Shown here piece after piece: positions 27,539 to 36,615 of a stretch of 64,000 nt of DNA. The stretch lies in the NCBI GenBank assembly GCA_036490385.1, contig DASXDX010000034.1:122474-186473 (forward strand), written 5' to 3'. Every line of letters begins with the position of its first letter. Position 1 is the stretch's first letter. The notes beneath the pieces were generated by a model. It was given only the letters and a program-made list of their open reading frames with translations. It had not been told where the DNA came from and made no database searches. The translations under genes and the position numbers were made by a program. This stretch comes from Terracidiphilus sp. (GTDB taxonomy: Bacteria > Acidobacteriota > Terriglobia > Terriglobales > Acidobacteriaceae).

Positions 27539-29131
27539 TTACTTGTGGCCTCCGCCCCCGCCACCGCCGCCGCCTCCACCGCCATGCGAGCCGCCACCAC
27601 CGCCGCCGGATGAACCGCCGCCACCATGCGACGCGCCACCACCACCGCTATACGATGGATGACTGGCCGGCGCAGGGGCGCTGCGACTGGGCGGCGTATA
27701 GCTTCGAATGCCGGGTGACGGGCGGTACTGCCCATTGCCGGGCATTGCCGAATAGGCTCCGCGGTTGGGAGTATTGCCCGGCCCGTTTGCGTTCAGGCTG
27801 CGCGTCGGGCTGCCATAGGTATGCGCTTCCTGCTCGGCGAAACTCGCCGCCGGCCGCCCAGATTCAGGGCGCATACCGAGCGGCCGCAGAGGCTGGACGG
27901 TATTGCCGCCAATGGTTACCGGCGTGTTCCTGTCCCGCAGCGGCAGGCTGGCTACCGTGGTGCCCACGCGGCGGTTAACCGCGATCATGGGGATGGGCCG
28001 GCCGCGGCCCGGCGGGTACGGCGGCAAAGGCCGGTGAGGAGGACGGTAACCGCCGGGCAACGACCCGCCGAACCTCAATCCGGGGTAATAGCCCCCGCCC
28101 CACCAGGGATGGCAGCCGCCGAAGCCTGGCGCCCAACCCCAGCCGAAATTGTCGTAAAAATTCCAGGCTCCGCACTGGTAGGGCAAATAACCCCATGGAT
28201 AGCCGGATGCCCAGACGTACCCGTATCCGGATGTGTACATCCAGTTTCCATTGCCGTATGGATCCCATCCGGTATTGGCCGCCTCATACGGCGACCAGAC
28301 GTAGCCCTGGCCCGGCACGTCATACCAGTTGCCGTTGGCGTCCAGGTCATTCCAGGCCGGGTTCTGGCTCTCATCGGGAGAGATATTGTTCGCCGCTCCG
28401 GTGGGCGTGCTGGCCTCCGCGTTAAGGGCCTGATCGCGGTCGGAGTTCCACGCGTCCCATGAGTCCGGCTCGATATTTTCCGCCACGACCGAATGGCTCG
28501 GGTCGCCCGGAATTAGCTTCACGCTCTCGCCGCCATGAAGATCGAGAGCCAGTGCGCCATTACTCCCCTCGATATGCGCATTACCTGAAAAGACCGCAAG
28601 CTCGCCGGGGGCAGCATCCATGTTCAGGCGGAAGACCGTGAACCCGCTGGCGGTCACCGTGCTATCGCCGAAATGAACGGTCATCTGGCCGGATTGGCCG
28701 GTCCCCTGCAGCTCAAAGTAGGCAAGTCCGCTGTTCAGGGTCATCTCCGCGTCGCCGGACGCCCCTTCGCCGCGCAGAGCGGTCAGCGTCAGCACGCTGT
28801 CGGGCGAAAGCCGGGCCACGCTTCCATCCTCAAACTGGATTTCCGCGCGTCCATCATCGGCCGTTGTTACCTGCATGCCCTCGAACAAAGGCGAATTGAT
28901 CGTGGCCTGCTCGGCGACCACCTGGCCGCCCTGGGCCACCTTGACTGTCCCATCCACGGAACTGAGGCGCACCGCGCGCGTCCCGGGACCCAGTGCGCCC
29001 GGCGCGGCATCGTCCGCCCGCAGGACGACCGGCGCCAGGCAGATCACTCCCAGAAGCAGGCCCACCCAGCCCATAGCCAATGCGCCGCTCCGGCGCCTGC
29101 TGATTCTCTTGTGGTTCCCCATGCGATCCAT
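27539..29131 (-). CDS. Membrane-anchored FecR-domain protein with W/Y/G aromatic-repeat region and poly-Gly/His C-terminal tail
   Basis: TM segment LAMGWVGLLLGVICLAPVVL, then a FecR-like beta region (VRLSSVDGTVKVAQGGQ...FEDGSVARLSPDSVLTL). The aromatic-repeat region reads WYDVPGQGYVWSPYEAANTGWDPYGNGNWMYTSGYGYVWASGYPWGYLPYQCGAW. The tail is GGGGASHGGGGSSGGGGGGSHGGGGGGGGGGGGHK. The start is ATG 29131 or 29122. Confidence 0.6.
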   Translation of the reverse strand: MDRMGNHKRISRRRSGALAMGWVGLLLGVICLAPVVLRADDAAPGALGPGTRAVRLSSVDGTVKVAQGGQVVAEQATINSPLFEGMQVTTADDGRAEIQFEDGSVARLSPDSVLTLTALRGEGASGDAEMTLNSGLAYFELQGTGQSGQMTVHFGDSTVTASGFTVFRLNMDAAPGELAVFSGNAHIEGSNGALALDLHGGESVKLIPGDPSHSVVAENIEPDSWDAWNSDRDQALNAEASTPTGAANNISPDESQNPAWNDLDANGNWYDVPGQGYVWSPYEAANTGWDPYGNGNWMYTSGYGYVWASGYPWGYLPYQCGAWNFYDNFGWGWAPGFGGCHPWWGGGYYPGLRFGGSLPGGYRPPHRPLPPYPPGRGRPIPMIAVNRRVGTTVASLPLRDRNTPVTIGGNTVQPLRPLGMRPESGRPAASFAEQEAHTYGSPTRSLNANGPGNTPNRGAYSAMPGNGQYRPSPGIRSYTPPSRSAPAPASHPSYSGGGGASHGGGGSSGGGGGGSHGGGGGGGGGGGGHK

Positions 29132-29256
29132 GCTGACCCGCCTTCCCCCGCCGATGCCGGCGACCCGGTACATTTTAACGGCAGCCCAACATTAGATTGG
29201 ACAAGCGCCAGCGGGAAAAGTCGCGTAAAACCGCCGCTGGGTGGCGATTTATAAGG

Positions 29257-29958
29257 TTAACTGTCGCCCTGCGCGAGAAGCAGCCTGGCCCGTTTTCTCA
29301 CCCGCTCCAAGACTTCGTCATCCTGGGCCAGCCGGACCAGAATTTCCCGGATGGCGCAGATCTGCTGCGCGCGGCCATTGCCCGCGGCATCCACCAGGAA
29401 TTCCATCTCCTTGTCGAGGCCGAGGCGATCGTGCTGCAGAAGAATCTCTAGACGCGCTCCCTCGAGAATGGTCTCAGCGACTGCGCCCAGTGAATCGCCG
29501 AGGGCCTGGATCTCCTTATCCTTGGAGTAATTGAAGGTGCACGATCCGCTGCCCTCGGGTCCCGTGTAGCTGAGCTTCTTCCAGCCCTGAAAGGCGACCT
29601 TGAGGTGACTGTCACAATCTTCGTTGAAGAACTTGTGGTGATGCGCGGCCTCAAAGACCTTCGACGTAAAACTGACGCCCAGTTGAACGTCCCGGTCAAT
29701 GTCGGGCGCATCGATCTCCTGCGTATCAACCTGGGGCGTCTTGCCCATCTCGGAGTGAAAGTGCCCGCTCCCGTCGGGATGCAGCGTGAGCGTCCAGTGC
29801 GACGGGCTGAGGCTGGGGTCGGAGAAGTCGACCAACACTACGGGCGAGCTCGCAGGACGGCTCGCGAGCCGATCCACCGCGTAATCCTGGGCCCGTCCGC
29901 ACCGGCTGCCCGCGCCCAGCGCAAGCGCGAAGACCGCCAGCGTCAACCGCAATCTCAT
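29257..29958 (-). CDS. Secreted hypothetical protein, translationally coupled to ruvC
   Basis: Signal peptide MRLRLTLAVFALALGAGS. The start ATG overlaps the ruvC stop (ATGA at 29955-29958). I recognise no family. Confidence 0.5.
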   Translation of the reverse strand: MRLRLTLAVFALALGAGSRCGRAQDYAVDRLASRPASSPVVLVDFSDPSLSPSHWTLTLHPDGSGHFHSEMGKTPQVDTQEIDAPDIDRDVQLGVSFTSKVFEAAHHHKFFNEDCDSHLKVAFQGWKKLSYTGPEGSGSCTFNYSKDKEIQALGDSLGAVAETILEGARLEILLQHDRLGLDKEMEFLVDAAGNGRAQQICAIREILVRLAQDDEVLERVRKRARLLLAQGDS

Positions 29959-30515
29959 CGCCCCGCTCCTTGAATCGCGCTTGCTTGAACTGCGGTTGCT
30001 TGAACTGCGGTTGTTTGACGTGCGAGTGTCTGCGCGGTGTGAATGTGGCAGATGGCAATGGCCAGTGCATCCGCCGCGTCTGCGGGCTGTGGCAACGTAT
30101 CCAGACCGAGCAGCCGCGCCACCATGAACTGCACCTGCTCTTTCTTCGCCAGCCCGTAACCCACCACGCTGGACTTGATCTTCAGCGGCGCATACTCCGC
30201 CACCGGAATTCCCCTCCGCGCGGCAGCCAGCAGCGCCACACCCCGTACCTGCCCCAGCTTCAGGGCCGATTTCGCGTTCACGGAATAAAACACTTCTTCA
30301 ACCGCCACGGTATCCGGGCGCCAGTTCTCAAGCTCCGCCGTGAGTTCACGGAAAACCTGATCCAGCCGCTCCGGCAAAGATTGAGACTTGGCCAGCCGCA
30401 CGGCGCCATGCGTCAGGCATTCGAGACGCGGACCGCGCGGGTGCTCAACCGATTCGACAACGCCAAAACCGGTCAGCTCGGTCCCGCAGTCGATGCCGAA
30501 TATCCGCATGCGCAC
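29955..30515 (-). CDS. ruvC: Crossover junction endodeoxyribonuclease RuvC
   Basis: MRIFGIDCGTELTGFGVVE ... DTVAVEEVFYSVNAKSALKLGQVRG ... ADAADALAIAICH. The C-terminal tail carries TAVQA-type repeats. Confidence 0.9.
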   Translation of the reverse strand: MRMRIFGIDCGTELTGFGVVESVEHPRGPRLECLTHGAVRLAKSQSLPERLDQVFRELTAELENWRPDTVAVEEVFYSVNAKSALKLGQVRGVALLAAARRGIPVAEYAPLKIKSSVVGYGLAKKEQVQFMVARLLGLDTLPQPADAADALAIAICHIHTAQTLARQTTAVQATAVQASAIQGAGR

Positions 30516-30743
30516 CTAGTGTACCGCAGTTATTGGTTGCCTGGCGCAGCCTCGGAATGCCCCCCTGGCGCAGCCATCGGAATGCCCCCTTGATCCGGCG
30601 CGATTTCCGCTTTCTCTCACCAGGGCATCTGTTCAGCTCAGGAACACCGACCCCCTGCCACTTTTGGTTCATTTACTAAAGTTTCATCGCGAAGCAACTA
30701 TAGAACTCCAAAATGTGTCGATAGGTTTAACGCAGGGGGAAAC

Positions 30744-31220
30744 GTGACAGCGCCGAGTTCGATGAAGCGCGATCTGGTCCACTGGCTTTGCCATGGTATC
30801 TCGCCGCGCCGTCTCGCGTTGACCCTCGCGCTCGGATTTGCCATCGGCTGCATTCCCGTAGTCGGTATTCCAACCGTCCTCTGCGCCGCCGTCGCGCTGG
30901 GATTACGGCTGAACCTGCCCGCGATTCAGGCCGCCAATTATGCGGCCATGCCCTTCCAACTGGCGCTTGTGGTGCCTTTCGTGCGTCTCGGCGGCAAGCT
31001 CTTTTCAACCGGTGCGCAGGCCAGCCTGACTTCCGGAGCGCTGCTGCACCTTTCAACAGCTGCGCTGCTGGCCAATCTCGGCGCGCTCACGGTGTTGGCC
31101 GCGCATGCGCTGGTGGCCTGGCTGGTGGTCGCGCTGCCGGCGGTGATTTTGTTGACCGCCACTCTCACGGTGATGCTGCGGCGGATTCCCGCTTTAGCAA
31201 GCTCCAATTCCGGAGATTGA
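30744..31220 (+). CDS. DUF2062-family membrane protein
   Basis: GISPRRLALTLALGFAIGCIPVVGIPTVLCAAVALGLRLNLPAIQAANYAAMPFQLALVVPF matches the DUF2062 pattern as I remember it. The start is GTG 30744 or ATG 30762. Confidence 0.65.
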   Translation: MTAPSSMKRDLVHWLCHGISPRRLALTLALGFAIGCIPVVGIPTVLCAAVALGLRLNLPAIQAANYAAMPFQLALVVPFVRLGGKLFSTGAQASLTSGALLHLSTAALLANLGALTVLAAHALVAWLVVALPAVILLTATLTVMLRRIPALASSNSGD

Positions 31221-31296
31221 TCCGGGGGCCAGTACCCAGGCCATTTCCGGAGATTGACCCGCAGATTGACCGTCGTTCCGATCATTCCCGTCCCGT

Positions 31297-32226
31297 CTAC
31301 TTCCCCGCGTAGGGATCAGGTACCGGCTGCGCGCTGTCAAGCCATGCGGTGTAGATCATGTCGCGCAGCATGCTGGCTCCCGCAGCCAGCCGCTCCGCGG
31401 TAAACTCCCGCGATTCCGGCGTTCCGGCTCCCACAAAACCGCCCGCCTTCTCGAGCTGATAGACCTTTTCGACATATGTCGCGGTGTGGCGCAGATACGC
31501 CATGTAGGCGTCAAACATGTCGCCGTCGATCGCCTTGACGGGCGTCATCTTGGCTTCCACCTCCGGCGCGTGAATATTTGCCGCGACAAACGGGCTCTCG
31601 AACTCATAGTGGATCTGATGGGCGGTGGTATAGCCGTTAGGATTCGGGCCTGTCCACCCGTTGTACTGCACGGTCACGTGCAGCGGCTGCGAGCCGTCTC
31701 CCACATAATGGCCGAGCCATCCGGCATAGAAGATGATCGCCTGCTCCACCGGCGCCGTATCCCCGCCTGAGGCTTTCAGCTCACGGTACTGGCGCATCGC
31801 GGACTTGAGCCGCTCCCACACTTCGTCAGTCACCCAGGGCTGCAAGCCGATCTTTTCCGGCCTTTGCCCCGCGGCAAAGACCTTGGCTTCAAAATCCAGC
31901 CTCTTGCGCGGCAGCGGTCCCAGGGCATCGGCGAGTTCCAGGTCAATAAAATGCTCCGGCGCCTGCGCTGCGTTCAGCTCTGGCTCGGCCGGGGAACGCC
32001 AGCGGTCCGGCTCCGGACCAAGGTATTCCATCTCATCGACCGCGGCCGGGGAGCGCAGGAAGGCCGGAACGTCCGCGGGCAGCGTGCTGGCAGCGAGCTT
32101 GTTGACCAGCTTATGCCCCTCACTACCCCAGGCGTGAGCCAGAGAAGGAAGCAAGGCAATGCATGCTGTGCCCATCGCGGCGAGCACCGGACGCGTGAAA
32201 ATGGAACGGAAAATTCTCCTTAACAT
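31297..32226 (-). CDS. Secreted S1/P1-nuclease / zinc phospholipase C superfamily-like protein
   Basis: After the signal peptide, the mature N-terminus is AWGSEGHKLVNKLAASTL (W-G-x-x-G-H as in S1/P1 nucleases). A later His/Asp cluster reads GWLGHYVGDGSQPLHVT. Assignment is to the superfamily only. Confidence 0.5.
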   Translation of the reverse strand: MLRRIFRSIFTRPVLAAMGTACIALLPSLAHAWGSEGHKLVNKLAASTLPADVPAFLRSPAAVDEMEYLGPEPDRWRSPAEPELNAAQAPEHFIDLELADALGPLPRKRLDFEAKVFAAGQRPEKIGLQPWVTDEVWERLKSAMRQYRELKASGGDTAPVEQAIIFYAGWLGHYVGDGSQPLHVTVQYNGWTGPNPNGYTTAHQIHYEFESPFVAANIHAPEVEAKMTPVKAIDGDMFDAYMAYLRHTATYVEKVYQLEKAGGFVGAGTPESREFTAERLAAGASMLRDMIYTAWLDSAQPVPDPYAGK

Positions 32227-32694
32227 AGGAGCCAGTATACGGTTCCGGGCCTCGATGACTGGGCTCAGGGACTGGGCTCAGGCCGATGGCCGGATCGTTC
32301 CCATTTGCGGCGACGGGAGCCCGCCGGTACTGAAGAGGATAACCATCCCGCTAAAATGCTATAGAGCCTTCCAGACCAGGCCTTATACTACTTGCAAATC
32401 GCGCTTAAGAATTTGAAATGGCTGCGATGCGCACCGAAATTTTTCCCCCAGTCGGCGTTTGTCGCATGCTTCAGAGGCTTGCTCCTCAGGCGAGGTAAGG
32501 CTGAGACGCATCTATATTTCCTTGAAGCCGCCCCACGTATCGCCGCGTGAGGGAAGGGCTTAGGTTGCCGGCACGATCCCGATATAGGGAAGAAAGAGGG
32601 CGGCCGGAAAACTGCGGAACTTGAACGATTGGCAGGATTTGGACCGATTCGGCAGACGGGAAGGGCAAACGCCGAAGATTGAATGGGGGCATAG

Positions 32695-35600
32695 ATGGCG
32701 GTCCGATCAATGGAGATCGGCACAACTGAAGACCGACAACCTACAGCCTGGATCGGCAAGCAGCTTGTGTGGCCCATCCTCGCGATACTGGCGCTGGCTG
32801 TGGCTACCGGCGCTGTGGTGCTTCGCGTAACCGCCGGCGAGCGCTACGATGCCCTCCTCGTGCTCGCAGCGGTGCTGGCCGCCGCAGTTTTGGCTCTCCG
32901 TTTGCGCACGCATGCCCATGCCCTTCTGAAACCAGCGGCGGATTCCAGGCGCGAGTTGTCGAAGGAGCTCGTCGAGTCGGCGGGTCCGGCGATGCTGGCG
33001 ATCGACCTGGACGGGACGCTGAGTTACGCCAACCCCTCCGCCGAGCGGCTGCTCGGCTGTCACGCCGCCGAGCTTACCGGCGAAGTGTGTTTTACAGACA
33101 TTCTGGCCAAAGGCGAGGCCGAGCGCCTGACAGCCGAGATGCAAAAGCTCAGCGGCTGTGAAAAACCACCGCTGTCAGCTCCGGACCCCTTGTTCTCCCA
33201 TTACCTCGATTGCGTGCGCATGCTGCCGCCGAGCATGGTGCCCAGCTTCGAAACGCAGATGCTCCGGAAGGACGGAGCCGTGGTCCAGACGACCCTCCAT
33301 ATCTCCGCCCTGCGGGACGGTTCCGGGGCGCTTTCCGGGCTGGTTGCCGTGGCCCTGGACCAGAGCGCGACTCATCGCCATGAGCTGGCTCTGCGGGAGT
33401 CACAGGAGCGCTATCGCGACCTCTTCGAAAGTTCGAACGAGATGATTGCGACGCTCAGTCCAGCGGGACGGTTCCTCTATGCCAATCCAGCCTGGAAGCG
33501 CTGCTTCGGGTACGATGACCCGGCGCTGCTCGCGCTCGAATCCTTTGAAGAGCTTTTTACCGCCGCATCCCGCGGAGAGACAGCGACGCTCTTCCGGCGC
33601 GCACTCGACGGAGAGGCGGTGGATCGCGCCCCGCTTCGCCATCACACGCGGGACGGCCGGATGCTGGATCTTGAACTGAGTCTCAGCCAGCGGCAGAAGG
33701 CGGGCAATCCGCTGGCGGTGCGCTGCCTGCTGCGCGACGTGACCCAGCAGAAGCAGCGGGAGCATCGCCTGGCGCTGCAGCTTGCGGTAAGCCAGATCGT
33801 GGGAGAAAACGTTTCAGCAGAGACCGCGGCCATGCACATTCTGGAGGCTCTTTGCATTTCGCAAGGCTGGGATGCGGGCATCAAGTGGTCTGTGGACGCG
33901 AAGCAGAACCATCTGGAGTTCAGCACAGCCTGGGGCACTCCGGGCCGCAGATCGGAGACGCTGATCCGCGAAAGCATGGGGCTCACCATCGATCTGGGCG
34001 CTGAGCTGGCCGGCCGCGCGTGGAAAGAGGGCCGCTCGGTGTGGGCATCCGATTTGACCGCCCTGCCGCCCACGCCGCGCGCTCAATCCGCCCTGCGCCA
34101 GGAGATGGCCTCGGGATGGGCTGTTCCAGTGCGGGTGGGCAGCAATGTTCTGGCGGTTCTCGAGTTCTATTGCCGCTACACACTGCGCGAGGACCGCGAA
34201 GCGATGGCCACGGTCGAAACAGTGGCCGCCTCTCTGGGGCAGATGCTGGCCCGCTCACAGGAACGGGGCCGGGCCGAAGAGCTCTCCCGGCGGCAGGAGG
34301 TGCTGCTGGATTCGGTTGCCGACGGAATCTGCGGCCTCGACCAGAATGGCCAGATCGGTTTCGCCAATCCTGCGGCGGCCCGCATGCTGGGCGCCGATGC
34401 CCCGGCGCTCACCGGCAGATCGGTCCATGACCTCCTGCACGGCTCGGCTCCCAAAGACCGCGCGTGCGGAGACGATTGCATGCTGCTGCGCAATGCTTCG
34501 CAGCCGCGCGCCACAGCCGGAGAAGACAGCATCTACCGGGCCGACGGCTCATCGTTTCCGGCAGAATACGCGCTGACCCCGATTCCCGAGCAGGGCCGCT
34601 TCTCCGGGTCGGTCCTGAGCTTTCGCGATATCAGCCAGCGCTACGCCCTCGACCGGCTGAAGGACGAATTTATCTCCACCGTCAGCCACGAGCTGCGCAC
34701 GCCGCTCACCTCGATCCGGGGCGCGCTCGGGCTGCTCTCCTCGGGCATTCTGAGCGACCTGAGTGCAAAAGCCGCGAATCTTCTCCGCATTGCGCTTACC
34801 AACTCCGACCGCCTGGTGCGGCTGATCAACGATATCCTCGATCTTGAGCGCATCCAGAGCGGCCGCGAGCCGCTGGCCTTCCGCAGCGTCCAGCTGGCGG
34901 AGATCGTGAGTCAGGCCATCGATGGCATGCAGCCGGTGGCCGATGCGGCCGGCGTGCAGTTGATCCACGATACGACCCAGGTGGAGATCGGCGCCGACCC
35001 CGATCGCCTGCTGCAGGTGCTCACCAATCTGCTCTCGAACGCAGTCAAATTCTCTCCCCCCAACTCGGCGGTTTCCGTGATGCTGCGGCCCGGCATCACC
35101 GGCGTGACGATCTCGGTGATCGACCATGGCCGGGGGATTCCCGCCGACAAGCTGGAGGCCATTTTCGGCCGCTTCCAGCAGGTGGATGCCTCGGATTCGC
35201 GCCAAAAGGGCGGCAGCGGATTGGGCCTGGCGATCTGCCGCACCATTGTCCTGCAACACTCCGGGCGCATCTGGGCGGAGCGCAATCCGGTCCGCGGATC
35301 GACCTTCCGCGTCTTTCTTCCCTACAAGCCGGTACCGCTCGAACCGGTCGAGCCGTTCGTAGGCGAATCGCGCACCGGGACAGTTCTCCTGGCCGGCGCC
35401 GTAGCCGAGGCTCGCCCCCGCATCGCCGCGCAACTGGTTCGGCATGGCTATCGTGTGCTCGAGACTTCGACGGTCGAGCAGACGCTGGCCGCGGCGAGTG
35501 AGAGTGTTCAGGCTATCCTGCTCGATACAGCGCTGGATGGCATGAACGGCTGGGAGATTCTGCCGCTTCTGCGCCGCCTCGATCCCGAATCGCGAACCCC

Positions 35601-36156
35601 GGTGGTTTTGCTCTCCGTCGATAGCGCCCAGACTCGAGCTGAACTTCCCGCGGGGGCGGAGGGGTTTGTCTCCAAGCCGCTTCATGAGGACGCCCTGCTC
35701 GGCGAACTGGCGCGCGTGCTCTGCGGGCCGGGCGAAAAGGCGCGCATCCTCATCGTCGAAGACGACCAGGACCTGGCGCGGGTGATTGGCGAGGTCTTCT
35801 CGCGTGAGAGCATTGAAGTGCACCTGGCGCACTCGCTGCAGGAAGCAATCGACGCGTGTTTCGCCTTCCAGCCGCATCTGATGGTGCTCGACATCGGTCT
35901 GCCTGACGGCAATGGCTTCAATGTGGTGGATTGGCTGCGCCAGAATGAAACTCTCGCGCGCCTTCCGCTGGTGGTGTATTCGGGCCGCGAACTCTCCCCC
36001 ACCGAGCGCCGTCATCTGACGCTCGGCCCCACGCATTTCCTGGCCAAGGCCCGGGTGCAGCCGCAGCAGCTTGAAGCTCTGGTTTTGACCATGCTGCGCC
36101 GCTCACGGCTCATGGAAGATGCACCTTCACCCGAATCCTCGGTACCCAATTCGTAG
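32695..36156 (+). CDS. Hybrid sensor histidine kinase (TM, PAS x2, GAF, PAS, HisKA, HATPase_c, two receiver domains)
   Basis: H-box FISTVSHELRTPLTSIRG, N-box LTNLLSNAVKFSP, G-boxes DHGRGIP and GGSGLGLAIC. Receiver 1 (VLLAGAVAEA ... ILLDTALDGMNG) lacks the N-terminal acidic pair. Receiver 2 is canonical (ILIVEDDQD ... MVLDIGLPDGNG ... LAKA). Confidence 0.85.
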   Translation: MAVRSMEIGTTEDRQPTAWIGKQLVWPILAILALAVATGAVVLRVTAGERYDALLVLAAVLAAAVLALRLRTHAHALLKPAADSRRELSKELVESAGPAMLAIDLDGTLSYANPSAERLLGCHAAELTGEVCFTDILAKGEAERLTAEMQKLSGCEKPPLSAPDPLFSHYLDCVRMLPPSMVPSFETQMLRKDGAVVQTTLHISALRDGSGALSGLVAVALDQSATHRHELALRESQERYRDLFESSNEMIATLSPAGRFLYANPAWKRCFGYDDPALLALESFEELFTAASRGETATLFRRALDGEAVDRAPLRHHTRDGRMLDLELSLSQRQKAGNPLAVRCLLRDVTQQKQREHRLALQLAVSQIVGENVSAETAAMHILEALCISQGWDAGIKWSVDAKQNHLEFSTAWGTPGRRSETLIRESMGLTIDLGAELAGRAWKEGRSVWASDLTALPPTPRAQSALRQEMASGWAVPVRVGSNVLAVLEFYCRYTLREDREAMATVETVAASLGQMLARSQERGRAEELSRRQEVLLDSVADGICGLDQNGQIGFANPAAARMLGADAPALTGRSVHDLLHGSAPKDRACGDDCMLLRNASQPRATAGEDSIYRADGSSFPAEYALTPIPEQGRFSGSVLSFRDISQRYALDRLKDEFISTVSHELRTPLTSIRGALGLLSSGILSDLSAKAANLLRIALTNSDRLVRLINDILDLERIQSGREPLAFRSVQLAEIVSQAIDGMQPVADAAGVQLIHDTTQVEIGADPDRLLQVLTNLLSNAVKFSPPNSAVSVMLRPGITGVTISVIDHGRGIPADKLEAIFGRFQQVDASDSRQKGGSGLGLAICRTIVLQHSGRIWAERNPVRGSTFRVFLPYKPVPLEPVEPFVGESRTGTVLLAGAVAEARPRIAAQLVRHGYRVLETSTVEQTLAAASESVQAILLDTALDGMNGWEILPLLRRLDPESRTPVVLLSVDSAQTRAELPAGAEGFVSKPLHEDALLGELARVLCGPGEKARILIVEDDQDLARVIGEVFSRESIEVHLAHSLQEAIDACFAFQPHLMVLDIGLPDGNGFNVVDWLRQNETLARLPLVVYSGRELSPTERRHLTLGPTHFLAKARVQPQQLEALVLTMLRRSRLMEDAPSPESSVPNS

Positions 36157-36227
36157 GCTGCGCCGGTTTCCACATCCATCGACAACGCCTCTATGGCGCT
36201 TCACAATGATTCCGGAGGATTTCCGCT

Positions 36228-36602
36228 GTGGCACGCAAAATTCTGATCATCGACGACGAAGACGACATCCGGGAAGTGGCGGCGCTGAGCCTGGAGAGCG
36301 TGGCCGGATGGGAGGTCATGATGGCCAGCTCCGGCGCCCAGGGCCTGGTCCGCGCCGCCGAGTACCAGCCGGATGCAATCCTGCTCGACGTGATGATGCC
36401 GGGGATGGACGGTCCGACCACCTTCCGCGAGTTGCGCAAGAATCCCGCTACCTCGCGCATTCCGGTGCTGCTGCTGACCGCGAAGGTACAGAGCACGGAC
36501 CAGCGCCGCTTTGCCGACCTGGGGGTTGAAGCCATCCTCTTCAAACCCTTTGACCCACTCACCCTCTCCACGCAGATCGCCGGCGTGCTGGGCTGGCGCT
36601 GA
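36228..36602 (+). CDS. Single-domain response regulator (CheY-like)
   Basis: ILIIDDEDD ... AILLDVMMPGMDG ... VLLLTAK ... ILFKPFD. All canonical receiver residues are present. Confidence 0.85.
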   Translation: MARKILIIDDEDDIREVAALSLESVAGWEVMMASSGAQGLVRAAEYQPDAILLDVMMPGMDGPTTFRELRKNPATSRIPVLLLTAKVQSTDQRRFADLGVEAILFKPFDPLTLSTQIAGVLGWR

Positions 36603-36615
36603 CCGTCCATTCTTC

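Noticed and set aside
27060-27662. 200-aa plus-strand ORF ending in PPPPPPPPPPPPCEPPPPPPDEPPPP.
   Set aside because: It is the mirror image of the Gly/His tail of the minus-strand FecR-like gene. The rest of the ORF crosses an intergenic region and a terminator hairpin, so it is not a gene.
34549-36036. 495-aa minus-strand ORF.
   Set aside because: It is antisense to the catalytic and receiver part of the hybrid histidine kinase. It is a shadow ORF.
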